Virus record (IMG/VR): IMGVR_UViG_3300044811_000010
Span: 1-64,000 of that record
Reading direction: 5' to 3' (one strand)
DNA from: a virus
Length of the DNA: 64,000 nucleotides
Shown here: one piece after another, positions 22,547 to 31,900 of the stretch
How positions within the stretch are numbered: the first letter of the stretch is position 1
How the letters are laid out: every line of letters starts with the position of its first letter
Made by a program: the position numbers and the translations under genes
Notes under the pieces: generated by a model
The model's input: only the letters and a program-made list of their open reading frames with translations
Told to the model about the DNA's origin: nothing
The model's database searches: none

Positions 22547-24411
22547 TGGCCGCCGCGTTCGTCAAGAACCACGGACAGGCGACCGGCAAGGCGGTCGCCC
22601 TCGGGACGATTCACCCCGTCACGACGATCCCCGTGGGCAACATGGCCCATGTGGTCCTGACTGCCAACGGCGCGGTAACTCTTTCTACCGTTGCGTCTAT
22701 CTCCGACACTAAGGGAAACACGTGGGGCATCGACTACAGCCTTAGCAGCGCGACGGGGTCGATCATCGTCTTCTCCAGCATCGTCACGGCCGCCATTCTA
22801 GCGACTGACAGCGTGAACCTGGCGTATAGCCCATCGTTGTCGGCGGCGGCCGCGTCGCTGAGTGAGTTCTCCGGGCTCACGCGCACGCTCGATGGAACCG
22901 TCGTCGCTGTGCAGAACAGCACCTCTCCGCAGCCGAGCAAGACGCCGACGGTGACCGGTGACATGGCAATCACCGTCGGAGTAACCAACGCGAACGCGGG
23001 AAACTGGGCTGCGCCCTCGACGGGCTGGACGACAGTCGATGGCGTCACGGCGTCTACCGGCGGAAGCTCGTCCTCCAACACCGTCAACCAGGTCTACTGC
23101 CAGACAGCTACCTTGTCCTCCGTACTGGCGGCGTGGCCGGTTGGCTCGGCGGCGGGCAACGGCTTCCTCTTGCTCTACGAGGCTGCTGTCACCGGCACCA
23201 ACTTCCCACGCACCGGGGCGGACACTGTCACGATTTCAGACTCTGCCGTCGCTGGAACGCGGGCACTTCTGCGAGCGGCCACTGATTCGGCGACGATCAG
23301 CGACGCAGCAACCCGGCAGGCTGGCCCTCATCCGCGAGCGATTGCCGACTCGGTGTCCGTGAGCGACGCCGTGAGCGCCCTCGTCGCACATTCCTACTCC
23401 GGAGCAGCGGCTGACTCCGTCTCGGTACTCGATTCCGCAGCAAGGCAGGCTGGCCCGCAGCCGCGATCCGCCTCGGACACGACGACTATCTCTGACGCTG
23501 CGGCGAGGTCTGCTATGGCCCGAATCCGGGCGGCTGTAGACGCCTTGACTGTCTCCGACGGCGCTCAGCGACAGGCTGGACCCCAGCCTCGCTCGGCTTC
23601 TGACACGCTTTCGGTTGCTGACGCGGCTGTGGGACAGCGAGGATCCACTAGGGTAGCGACCGACTCTGTGGCGCTTGCCGACGCAGCAGTCAGGCTGCTT
23701 GTGCTGGTGGGGCGTCCGGCTACTGATGCTGTGGTTCTCAGCGACGCGGCGACTCGTTCTCAGGCAAACGCAAGGGCCGCCAGCGACCTTATGTCGGTGT
23801 CAGACGCGGCAGTGCGCGCCGTGCTGGGGCGTATTCGGGCAAGCACCGACTCGCTGACGATTTCTGACGCCGCGACACGAGCGGCCCTCGCGGATCTGCG
23901 GACGGCGCAGGACGCCTTCGCCGTCGCCGACGCCGCAGTTCGTTCGGCATTGTCACGCACGCGCACCGCCTCCGACTCCGTCGTCGTCTCTGACGCCGCC
24001 ACTAGGCAGCTCGGCTCGTTGCTTCGGGCCGCCGCTGACTCGCTTGCTGTAGCCGACTCCGCAACACGGGCCGCCCTCGGGAAGCTGAGGGCGCCCGTCG
24101 ATTCGTTCACTGTCGCCGACTCGACCGTCAGGCTGCTCAGTATGGTGAGGATCGCGGCTGATTCCGTCGCCATTTCTGATTCAGCAAGCGCAGTGTTGAC
24201 GATGTATGCGTTGGTCCAGGCCAAGCTGCCTACGTCAGTAGCCCTCGAACTGCACCACACAGTCGCGGCGCTCGTGACGATCCGCAGCTCGGCGGCAATC
24301 ACCGCAGCCGCAGCCAAGGCGGCAATCGCCGCCCACGCCGCCAAGTCGGCGATTTCGCCCTACAAGAGCAAGGCCGAGGTCGCCGCGCCTGCAACAATGG
24401 TGGTGATCTAA
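22546..24411 (+). CDS. repeat-containing fibre/decoration protein
   Basis: about 15-16 repeats of R-x-A-x-D-x-x-x-x-S/A-D-x-A-x-R. Confidence 0.7.
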   Translation: MAAAFVKNHGQATGKAVALGTIHPVTTIPVGNMAHVVLTANGAVTLSTVASISDTKGNTWGIDYSLSSATGSIIVFSSIVTAAILATDSVNLAYSPSLSAAAASLSEFSGLTRTLDGTVVAVQNSTSPQPSKTPTVTGDMAITVGVTNANAGNWAAPSTGWTTVDGVTASTGGSSSSNTVNQVYCQTATLSSVLAAWPVGSAAGNGFLLLYEAAVTGTNFPRTGADTVTISDSAVAGTRALLRAATDSATISDAATRQAGPHPRAIADSVSVSDAVSALVAHSYSGAAADSVSVLDSAARQAGPQPRSASDTTTISDAAARSAMARIRAAVDALTVSDGAQRQAGPQPRSASDTLSVADAAVGQRGSTRVATDSVALADAAVRLLVLVGRPATDAVVLSDAATRSQANARAASDLMSVSDAAVRAVLGRIRASTDSLTISDAATRAALADLRTAQDAFAVADAAVRSALSRTRTASDSVVVSDAATRQLGSLLRAAADSLAVADSATRAALGKLRAPVDSFTVADSTVRLLSMVRIAADSVAISDSASAVLTMYALVQAKLPTSVALELHHTVAALVTIRSSAAITAAAAKAAIAAHAAKSAISPYKSKAEVAAPATMVVI

Positions 24412-24725
24412 TGGCCTCCCTTACTCTCAAGCAGCATGACAACTGGCCGCCCCTCAACGCGACCCTCTCCGACGCTGTCGGCCCTATGGATCTCACCGGA
24501 GCCACGGTCAAGCTGATCTTGGTTGGGGTCACAGTGACGATCACCGGAGCTTGCACGCTGGTCGACGCGGTCAACGGCGTCGTACGCTACACATGGGCCA
24601 ACGGGGATCTTGCTGTCGCTGGCGACTACAGCGGAGAGTTCGAGGTAACCTTCTCGACCGGCAAGATCGAGACGTTCCCCAGTGACTCCTACTTCACTCT
24701 GACCGTCAAGGCAGACCTCGGCTAA
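24411..24725 (+). CDS. BppU-like Ig-fold virion protein
   Basis: DLTGATV...G.V.Y.W..GD...AG.Y.GEFEVTF..G.IETFP. Confidence 0.7.
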   Translation: MASLTLKQHDNWPPLNATLSDAVGPMDLTGATVKLILVGVTVTITGACTLVDAVNGVVRYTWANGDLAVAGDYSGEFEVTFSTGKIETFPSDSYFTLTVKADLG

Positions 24726-25441
24726 TGCCTGTTACTCCGAACCCGCCCACTTACGAAGATGTTGTCTCCACCGACCTCATCTCCCTTGAGGACTACAAGC
24801 TGCTGTCCGGAATCGACGCAACGGACACGCGCAAGGACGAGCAGCTCGCCCAGATGATCTCGTGGGCGTCGGTTGCCGTTTCCAACTACGCCCAGCGCGG
24901 CTTCGGGCTCCCCGTGGTCACCGAAACTCGGCAGTTCGTCTACAACGACGACGACGCTGGGTTCTTGGACATCGACGACACGGCCAGCGTCGCCACGGTC
25001 GCTCTCGTAGTACCGCACGGCACAGACCTCGCGCTGACGACCGACCAGTGGGTAGCACTGCCTCCGCGCCGCGCCGACTCCCACGTCTACACGTACATCG
25101 CCCTCGCAGGATTCCAAGCGACGGCTGCGTTCAGCTCGGCGATGGGATTCACGCGCAACCTCGATGTCTACGCCCGCGAGGGGCGCCTGCGCGGCATCCC
25201 CACGGTCATCAAGGTCACCGCCGACTGGGGCTGGCCGCTGGTTCCCTCCGATGTGTCGCTTGCTACGGCGTGGACCGTACAGGACTGGCTCAGCAAGCAG
25301 GACGGAGAAGGCTTGACTGCCGAATCCATCGAGAACTACTCGCGGGCTTGGGGCCGATCTGGCGCAACCGTGGCAGCCGCTCTGGCGATCCCGAACCGAG
25401 CGCGCGATCTGCTCACCGATTTCCAGCGGATCCCCGTCTGA
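24725..25441 (+). CDS. head-tail adaptor
   Basis: LISLEDYK...D..L; V.ADWGW..VP.DV..A; synteny. Confidence 0.75.
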   Translation: MPVTPNPPTYEDVVSTDLISLEDYKLLSGIDATDTRKDEQLAQMISWASVAVSNYAQRGFGLPVVTETRQFVYNDDDAGFLDIDDTASVATVALVVPHGTDLALTTDQWVALPPRRADSHVYTYIALAGFQATAAFSSAMGFTRNLDVYAREGRLRGIPTVIKVTADWGWPLVPSDVSLATAWTVQDWLSKQDGEGLTAESIENYSRAWGRSGATVAAALAIPNRARDLLTDFQRIPV

Positions 25442-25917
25442 TGGATGTCGCCGTCTCCAATCGGGTCGTTGCTCGAAACGGCATCGGCCGGTTCATCAGC
25501 GAGTGCGAGGCCGCCGGCCAGCGTACGGTGGAGAAGGCCGTACGCAAGGGCACTGAGCTGTCTCGTCGCCGAGCGCCTGTAGGGCACAAGCCCGACTCTC
25601 GCACGGTCACGCTCAAGGAGGGCATGTTCTACAAGATGACCAGCCGCACGTCGGGGTACTGGGGCAACACAGCCCGCCACGCAATGCCGGTCGAGTTCGG
25701 GGCCGCACCACACGACATCCCCGCGACCGTCAGCTTCTACTGGGAGAAGATGGGGCGCATGTGGATGGTCCCTGAGGAGTATCTGCGACGCACGGGATTC
25801 CCCGGCGCGGACCCGATTCACCACCCTGGAAACGCCTCGCAGCCCTACCTGCGCCCCGCCTACAAGCAGATCATGGGCGAGATCATGCAGATCGCGCGGC
25901 AGGAGTACCCGAACTGA
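25441..25917 (+). CDS. HK97 gp10-like neck protein
   Basis: APV, VEFG, HPG...QPYLRPA motifs. Confidence 0.7.
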   Translation: MDVAVSNRVVARNGIGRFISECEAAGQRTVEKAVRKGTELSRRRAPVGHKPDSRTVTLKEGMFYKMTSRTSGYWGNTARHAMPVEFGAAPHDIPATVSFYWEKMGRMWMVPEEYLRRTGFPGADPIHHPGNASQPYLRPAYKQIMGEIMQIARQEYPN

Positions 25918-26372
25918 TGGCTGACTCTCCCTACGAAGCGGTCGCTACGGCGATCAAGGCTGTCATCGACGCGGAGTTCGCGGCCGAGTCGATCACTGCG
26001 ATTCAGGACAACATCCACGAGGCGCTAGGCCGCACGGGCGTCGCGGTCGGAATCGCACCTATCGAGGACTTGGTTCAGTCGTCCAACAACGTCGTGCAGG
26101 AGACGTGGGCCGAAGTCCGCTTCTTCGACCTGTGGGACGCCAAGATCGACCCGGAACAGGCCGTAAATCCCTTCAAGATCACGGCCTACGCCGACCGCTT
26201 TAGGCAGGCAATTCGCCGCGCCAGCGTGACAACTCCAGGCACCGGGCAGGTCTGGTACTTCGATCTTCAGCGGGTTCAGTACCCTAATGACCCCACCGGC
26301 AACAAGACGCGCTTCGTGGCAACGATTCGGGCCTACGGCAACAACAGCGGTCTGGTGGAGACTTCCGGCTAG
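25917..26372 (+). CDS. tail terminator-like protein
   Basis: size and synteny. Confidence 0.55.
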   Translation: MADSPYEAVATAIKAVIDAEFAAESITAIQDNIHEALGRTGVAVGIAPIEDLVQSSNNVVQETWAEVRFFDLWDAKIDPEQAVNPFKITAYADRFRQAIRRASVTTPGTGQVWYFDLQRVQYPNDPTGNKTRFVATIRAYGNNSGLVETSG

Positions 26373-26404
26373 AAGCTGGCAAGGAGCCCCGTAGTATACC
26401 TCCT

Positions 26405-26839
26405 ATGGCTCGCATCGTTCCTTCCGATCTTGCACCGGCTGACACCGTTCATTACACCTTCGCCGGTGTGGAGTTCGACCTCGGCGGCTCTGGCAAGGGC
26501 AGCTCCAAGTTCTACGAGACGCTCGACCGCGCCGCCCTGTCCAACGCCTCCGCTCACCCTTGGCTCGACGTTCAGTACGACGAGGCCGAGGCTGTTCCGG
26601 TTGTGTTTGCCAACAACCAGGTGAAGCCGGAAGACGACCCGCTGAGCGCGGTTGGCCCCAACGCCAACGCGCCGTTCGACCCCGCTGAGATCGCCAAGGT
26701 CGAAGAGGCCAAGGCGCAGGGCGCAACTACCCCGGTCGCCATCGACGCGGGACTCGACCAGACGACGGAAGTCTCGGAAGGCGAAGTCGCAGAGACAGTC
26801 GCTGCCGACGACGCCGCTGACACCAAGGACAAGAGCTAG
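26405..26839 (+). CDS. acidic hypothetical protein
   Basis: ORF with TAGTAT-N7-ATG. Confidence 0.6.
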   Translation: MARIVPSDLAPADTVHYTFAGVEFDLGGSGKGSSKFYETLDRAALSNASAHPWLDVQYDEAEAVPVVFANNQVKPEDDPLSAVGPNANAPFDPAEIAKVEEAKAQGATTPVAIDAGLDQTTEVSEGEVAETVAADDAADTKDKS

Positions 26840-26841
26840 AC

Positions 26842-27816
26842 ATGGCCGGACTTCGAGGCAACACCGCGTGGCTGATGGCCCAGAAGCAGACGGCGAAGGG
26901 CGCCGTTGCTGTCCCTGCCGTCGCCAGCGCGTACAAGAACCCGTTTACGGGCGGCTCCATCGGCCCGGTTCGCGCTACCGACAACCTCGCCGAGACTGAC
27001 GCGACGCGCGACCGTGGCGTTACCTTCATCGCCTCTTCTGGCGTCGAGGGCTCTCCCGAGTTCTACGTTCGAGACTCGTCCATCGGCTTCTGGCTCTTCG
27101 CGGCTCTTGGAGCCGACGCGGTCACGGGCACCATGCCCAACTTCTCGCACGTTCTCACGCCCGCCAACACGCTTCCCTACATCACCTGCTGGCGCGACAT
27201 CGCCGACACGCTGTTCGAGCAGTACCTCGACTGCAAGGTCGACACGCTCACAATCGCGGCCGAGGCTGGCGCACCCCTCACGGCCACCGCAGCGATCAAC
27301 GGACTGCAGGCGACTCGTCTGACGGCGGACCCGTCGATCTCGCCCATCATCCCGCTGCAGTCGAGCACGGTCTACAACTACAACAACGCGACGGTGACCC
27401 TCGGCGGCAGCGCCACGGCGCTGATCCGCTCCTTCGAGCTGACCATCGCAAACAACATCACTCGTCAGCAGACCGACGATGTCGTCCCCTACGACGTTGC
27501 GGAAGGCGTCCGCGAGGTATCGCTCGGGTTCGACCTGATCTTCGAGAACCTGACCGAATACAACAAGTTCCACTACGGCGGCGCGGCGGGCACCTCGATC
27601 TCGTCTTCGGTCTTCACGACCTCGGCGCTGTTCAACTTCTCGCTCGGAGCCAACAACTCCATCGCGTTCAACCTCCCGGCCATCGCGTACGAGGAGTTCC
27701 CTGTCGAGCCCAACGCCGGCGGCGACCCCATCGTCGCTTCCGTTCGTGCCTCGGCTCAGCGCGGAGCCTCGCCGGTCCTCACGGCCACGGTCGCCAACCA
27801 GGTCGCGTCCTACTAG
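26842..27816 (+). CDS. major tail (tube) protein
   Basis: 324 aa, HV.TP....P..T, Y.DCKV..L.I; lies before the chaperones and tape measure. Confidence 0.8.
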   Translation: MAGLRGNTAWLMAQKQTAKGAVAVPAVASAYKNPFTGGSIGPVRATDNLAETDATRDRGVTFIASSGVEGSPEFYVRDSSIGFWLFAALGADAVTGTMPNFSHVLTPANTLPYITCWRDIADTLFEQYLDCKVDTLTIAAEAGAPLTATAAINGLQATRLTADPSISPIIPLQSSTVYNYNNATVTLGGSATALIRSFELTIANNITRQQTDDVVPYDVAEGVREVSLGFDLIFENLTEYNKFHYGGAAGTSISSSVFTTSALFNFSLGANNSIAFNLPAIAYEEFPVEPNAGGDPIVASVRASAQRGASPVLTATVANQVASY

Positions 27817-27828
27817 GAGAACTGACTC

Positions 27829-27996
27829 ATGCCTCGAATCAAGCCCGCCTACAAGACCCAAGCGGCCCCGAAGGTCGTCTCGCTCGGCTCGGTTTCCAAG
27901 CCGAAGAAGCTGGCGAAGTGGCGCCCCACGACACAGCCCGCGCAGGCAACCCCTCGCGTCGTCAACCCGTGGCCCAAGGACAACACCGGGCTCTAG
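27829..27996 (+). CDS. small basic protein (not in ORF track)
   Basis: AGGAG SD; MPRIKPAYK... 55 aa. Confidence 0.55.
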   Translation: MPRIKPAYKTQAAPKVVSLGSVSKPKKLAKWRPTTQPAQATPRVVNPWPKDNTGL

Positions 27997-28162
27997 GCCC
28001 GCCCGAACCCCTGCCGACACCGGCCGCCCTCGTGGCGGTCGTTGTCGTTCTGAGAGGCGGTCTGCGCGCGAAAGGCGGCTAGGCAGGGTGCGCGCCTATC
28101 TTCACGCTCTCAGAGCCGCACACGAGCGCTCAGAGCGTCACAGCGGCATCTAGGCTTGGTGG

Positions 28163-28351
28163 GTGAACGAGCTACATGCTGCGGCCGACAAGCTGTTCAC
28201 CGAGGTTGACCATCTGGACCGAATCCTCGCCGGGCAGGATGACCCGTCTGAAGAACAAGTCTCGTTGGCGCTCGGTGTGGCGAAGCGTGTCCGGCGCGAC
28301 TGTACCATCCTTGTGCGGCTGCTAGCAGCCGCCCGTGACCAACAGCTATAG
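28163..28351 (+). CDS. hypothetical protein
   Basis: TAGGCT-N6-GTG. Confidence 0.5.
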   Translation: MNELHAAADKLFTEVDHLDRILAGQDDPSEEQVSLALGVAKRVRRDCTILVRLLAAARDQQL

Positions 28352-28369
28352 CCTTAGGAGGCACAAGCT

Positions 28370-28828
28370 ATGTCGTACGACGCAGAGAATGACGAGCAGA
28401 AGCCCACCAGCGTTGCCGCTTGGAAGAAGGCTGCGGTCCACTACCCGCTGCTGCCCAGCGGCGTGCGGGTCGGAATCAAGATCCCCGACCTTCCGAGGCT
28501 GATCGAGGTCGGCACGATTCCCCAGCATCTTCTCGAAGCCGCCATCGGCGTCGCCAGCGGCCAGCAGGCGCTGCCCACGAAGGAGCTGATCGTCCAGCAG
28601 CGCGAGTTCACCGACCTGACGGTGCAGCTTACGGTGACGGAGCCCAAGCTCTCCGAAGCCGACGTGGAGGGACTCCCCTACGAGGACAAGGAGCTGATCG
28701 TCGCTCTTGCCACGCGTCAGCGTGACATCGACGCGGAGGGCGAGCACATCGCCGGGCTGTCTACGTCCGAGAAGTTCCGTAGGTTTCGTAAGCTCGGCGA
28801 GTTCGACTCGCCTCTGGGCGACCTGTAA
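28370..28828 (+). CDS. tail assembly chaperone (G)
   Basis: AGGAGG SD; between tail tube and tape measure. Confidence 0.75.
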   Translation: MSYDAENDEQKPTSVAAWKKAAVHYPLLPSGVRVGIKIPDLPRLIEVGTIPQHLLEAAIGVASGQQALPTKELIVQQREFTDLTVQLTVTEPKLSEADVEGLPYEDKELIVALATRQRDIDAEGEHIAGLSTSEKFRRFRKLGEFDSPLGDL

Positions 28829-28991
28829 GGCAGGAGGGCGTCCTTGGCCGGTCCTCTGCGATGATGACGTAATCGACTTCATGGTCATGGAGGCGGTCGC
28901 GCTCAAGGCTCAGAAGGAGGAAGCGGCAGCGATCCAAGCGGCTAAGAAGAAGGATTGGAAGAAGGACCGAGAACACCTGAAGAACCTGTAG
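28785..28991 (+). CDS. tail assembly chaperone frameshift extension (T)
   Basis: overlapping +1 frame runs to 8 nt before the tape measure start. Confidence 0.55.
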   Translation, partial: FVSSASSTRLWATCKAGGRPWPVLCDDDVIDFMVMEAVALKAQKEEAAAIQAAKKKDWKKDREHLKNL

Positions 28992-28998
28992 AACCGCA

Positions 28999-31900
28999 AT
29001 GGACATCGCCCACGGCTCAGTCAAGATCGACCTCAACGACGCAGATGTCGTTGCTGGTCTGCGCAAGGTTGACGCCGAGTTCAGCCGGACGATGGACAAG
29101 ATCGGCCGCGAGCAGGCGGTCGCGTCGATCAATGCGGACCTCGCGCCGCTTACCGATAAGGTCGAGAAGGCCAAGCGTAAGCTGCGCGAGCTGCAGGGCG
29201 AGAAGGCATCGGCGCGTGTAGACGCCAACACGGCCGAGCTGACACGCAAGATCAAGAACGCCGAGCGCGAGCTGAAGCGCCTCGACGGGCGCAAGGCGAC
29301 TCTTGAGATCAAGCTGAAGGGCGCTGAGAAGGTACTCGCGGCCGAGGCTGCCCTTGAGGCGGCTGAGCACAAGCGCGCCAAGGCTGCGGAGGATGCGGGG
29401 CGCCGCATCGAATCTTCTCTGCGCCAGGAGGCCGCTGCTCGCCAGCGCGCCAGCCGCGAGAACCTGAACCGAGTCAACAGCGACGCGCGAGTCATGCGTT
29501 CGCTGGAAGACCAGCGGGTCAAGGAGCAGGCGGCTAGGATGCGTCAGGTCGAGAACGACGCGCGCGTTTCGGTCTCCTTGGAACGCCAGCGCGTCAGTTC
29601 GATGCGTACTGCGGAGACAGAGGCGCACCGCATGGACGCCGCCTTCCAGAAGGCTGCCTACAACCGCGACGTGGGCTCGCGCCGCGAAGTCACGCGCATC
29701 CTCTCGCTGCAGAAGCAGTATGCCCGGCTGACCGATCAGCTCGAAGCCCTCTCCCGCAAGCACCCCGTCGGCCGCGAAGCCCGTGCCAAGGTCAACCTCG
29801 ACGCTACCGGCGTGGTCGCGAAGATGGAGGCGCTGAAGGCGGAGCTGAACTTCCTCGGCGCGCACCCGCCCATCGACATCAAGGCGGACGTGAACAAGCG
29901 CGGCCTCGCGCGCGTCCAGCAGACCGTCACCGGGTTCGTCGCCGGGCTCGCCAACAAGGCCAGCGGGCTCCAAGACCTTACCCTCCGACTCGGCCCCTTC
30001 ACCACCTCGCTCCGGGGTCTGGGAGTAGCCCTAGGGTTCCTCGGGCCGTCGATCACCGACCTTCTCGGGGCCGCTGGGTCGCTCGTCGGAGTCCTCGGCG
30101 CGGGCGTCGCCGGGGCCGCCGCGCTGGGCGCTGGCGCCGTCACTGGCCTCGCCGGGGACTTCCTCGGGCTGAAGTTCGCCACCCGCAACACATCGCAGGA
30201 GCTGGCACAGGCCCGCACGTCGATCAACGCGTACCAGAGCGCTGTTCTGAAGTACGGAGCCGGTTCGGACAAGGCCATCGCCAAGCAGAAGGAGATGAAC
30301 TCTGTCCTGCAGCAGATCAGCCCGCTCGCCCGCGAGGCGGCGCTCGGCACGGAACGCTTCTTCAAGGGCTGGGACGCCTCGACCAAGCCGACGCAGAACA
30401 ACCTCGGCACCATCGCCAAGCAGGGCTTCGAGGCGCTGAACAAGCTGCGCCCGATGTGGGCGGCCTCGACCAACGAGATGTCCGGCGAGCTGCAGAAGGC
30501 GCTGGGCGGGGCGTTCAAGTTCCTCGGCGGCGCTCAGGGCCGCAACCTCCTCAGCGGGATCTTCGGCAACATCAACGCTCAGATCCCGACGCTGCTTCAC
30601 GGGCTTGGGTCGCTTGGGCACGCGTTCCTGAACCTCGCTTCGGCCGGGGCCAGCAATTTCGGGTCGCTGGCTAACGGGTTCGACCACTTCGCAACCTCGA
30701 TCCTGAACTTCACGCAGCAGGACTCCTTCGGGGCGACGGTCCACCGCTGGGTCAAGGACGCGGGCGACGTGATGCGCTTCTTCGGAGCCCTGACTCGCGT
30801 CCTCGTTCACTTCTTCGGCGACGGATCTCAGGCGGGCGACCGCTTCGTCAACACGATGACCAAGGCGCTCAACCGCTGGGACACGTTCCTGACTTCGGTC
30901 AGTGGGCGTAACAAGGTGGGCGAGTTCTTCTCCAACTCGGTCGCCGGAGCCCAGCAGCTCTACTCGGCCCTGAAGCCGATCATCCAGCTCTTCGCTCTGT
31001 GGTCCATCGGACTTGAGCCCGCTGTCGCGGCGATCACCAGCATCGCCGCGTGGCTCACCAACGCCGCAGCTTCGCTGGGCAAGATCGTCGGCCTCGGTAA
31101 CCCGCTGGCGACGCTTGGCACGACTCTCGGCGCCATGTTCGCTGTCAGCAAGATCGGCTCTTTCGTTTCGCTGCTCGCACGCGCGGCGGGGCTCATCAAG
31201 GACATGGCAGCCGCCGGAGGGGCAGCAGGAGTCCTGAAGGGCGTCATGGGCGGAGGCTTGCTCGGAGGGCTCAAGGGCGGCGGCGGAATCGTCACAGCGG
31301 CCGAGGCAGGCGCGAACGCGATGCGGGCGGCGATTATCTCCGGCGCAACGGTCGGAGCGGCCGAGCTTCGTGCCGCGATGGTTGAGGGCGGCGCCGTCGG
31401 AGCGGCTGAGGGCGGCGCTGGCGGGGGAATCGTAGGCGCCGCGAAGAAGCTGATTCTTCCGTCGGGCTTCGCAGCCGAAGCGGCGGGCGCCGAGGCTGCC
31501 ATTGGCGGCATCAGCATCGCGGCCGGAGCAGCCACAATCGGCGTCTTGGCGCTGGGCGGCGGCCTGATCTACCTTGGCCTCAGCCTCGACCACCACAAGA
31601 CTGCTGTCGACCGCGTCAACGACGCCTTGAAGGAGAACGCCAAGTCTCTGCAGAGCGACGCGACGTACACTCGGCTCTCTGCCGGGGCACAGGACAACGC
31701 AGCGAAGTCCCGCCATCAGGCCGCTGCAAGCATCAAGGCGCTGCGCACCGAAATGCAGAACGCGACCAAGGGCACCGTCGCCTACCGCGATCTGCAGCTC
31801 AAGCTCTACGACGCGAACCAGAAGCTCAAGAACAGCACGGACGCGGGAGTCGAGTCGGCCCACCACAACCACGACGCGGCTCAGCAGACGATTGACGACG

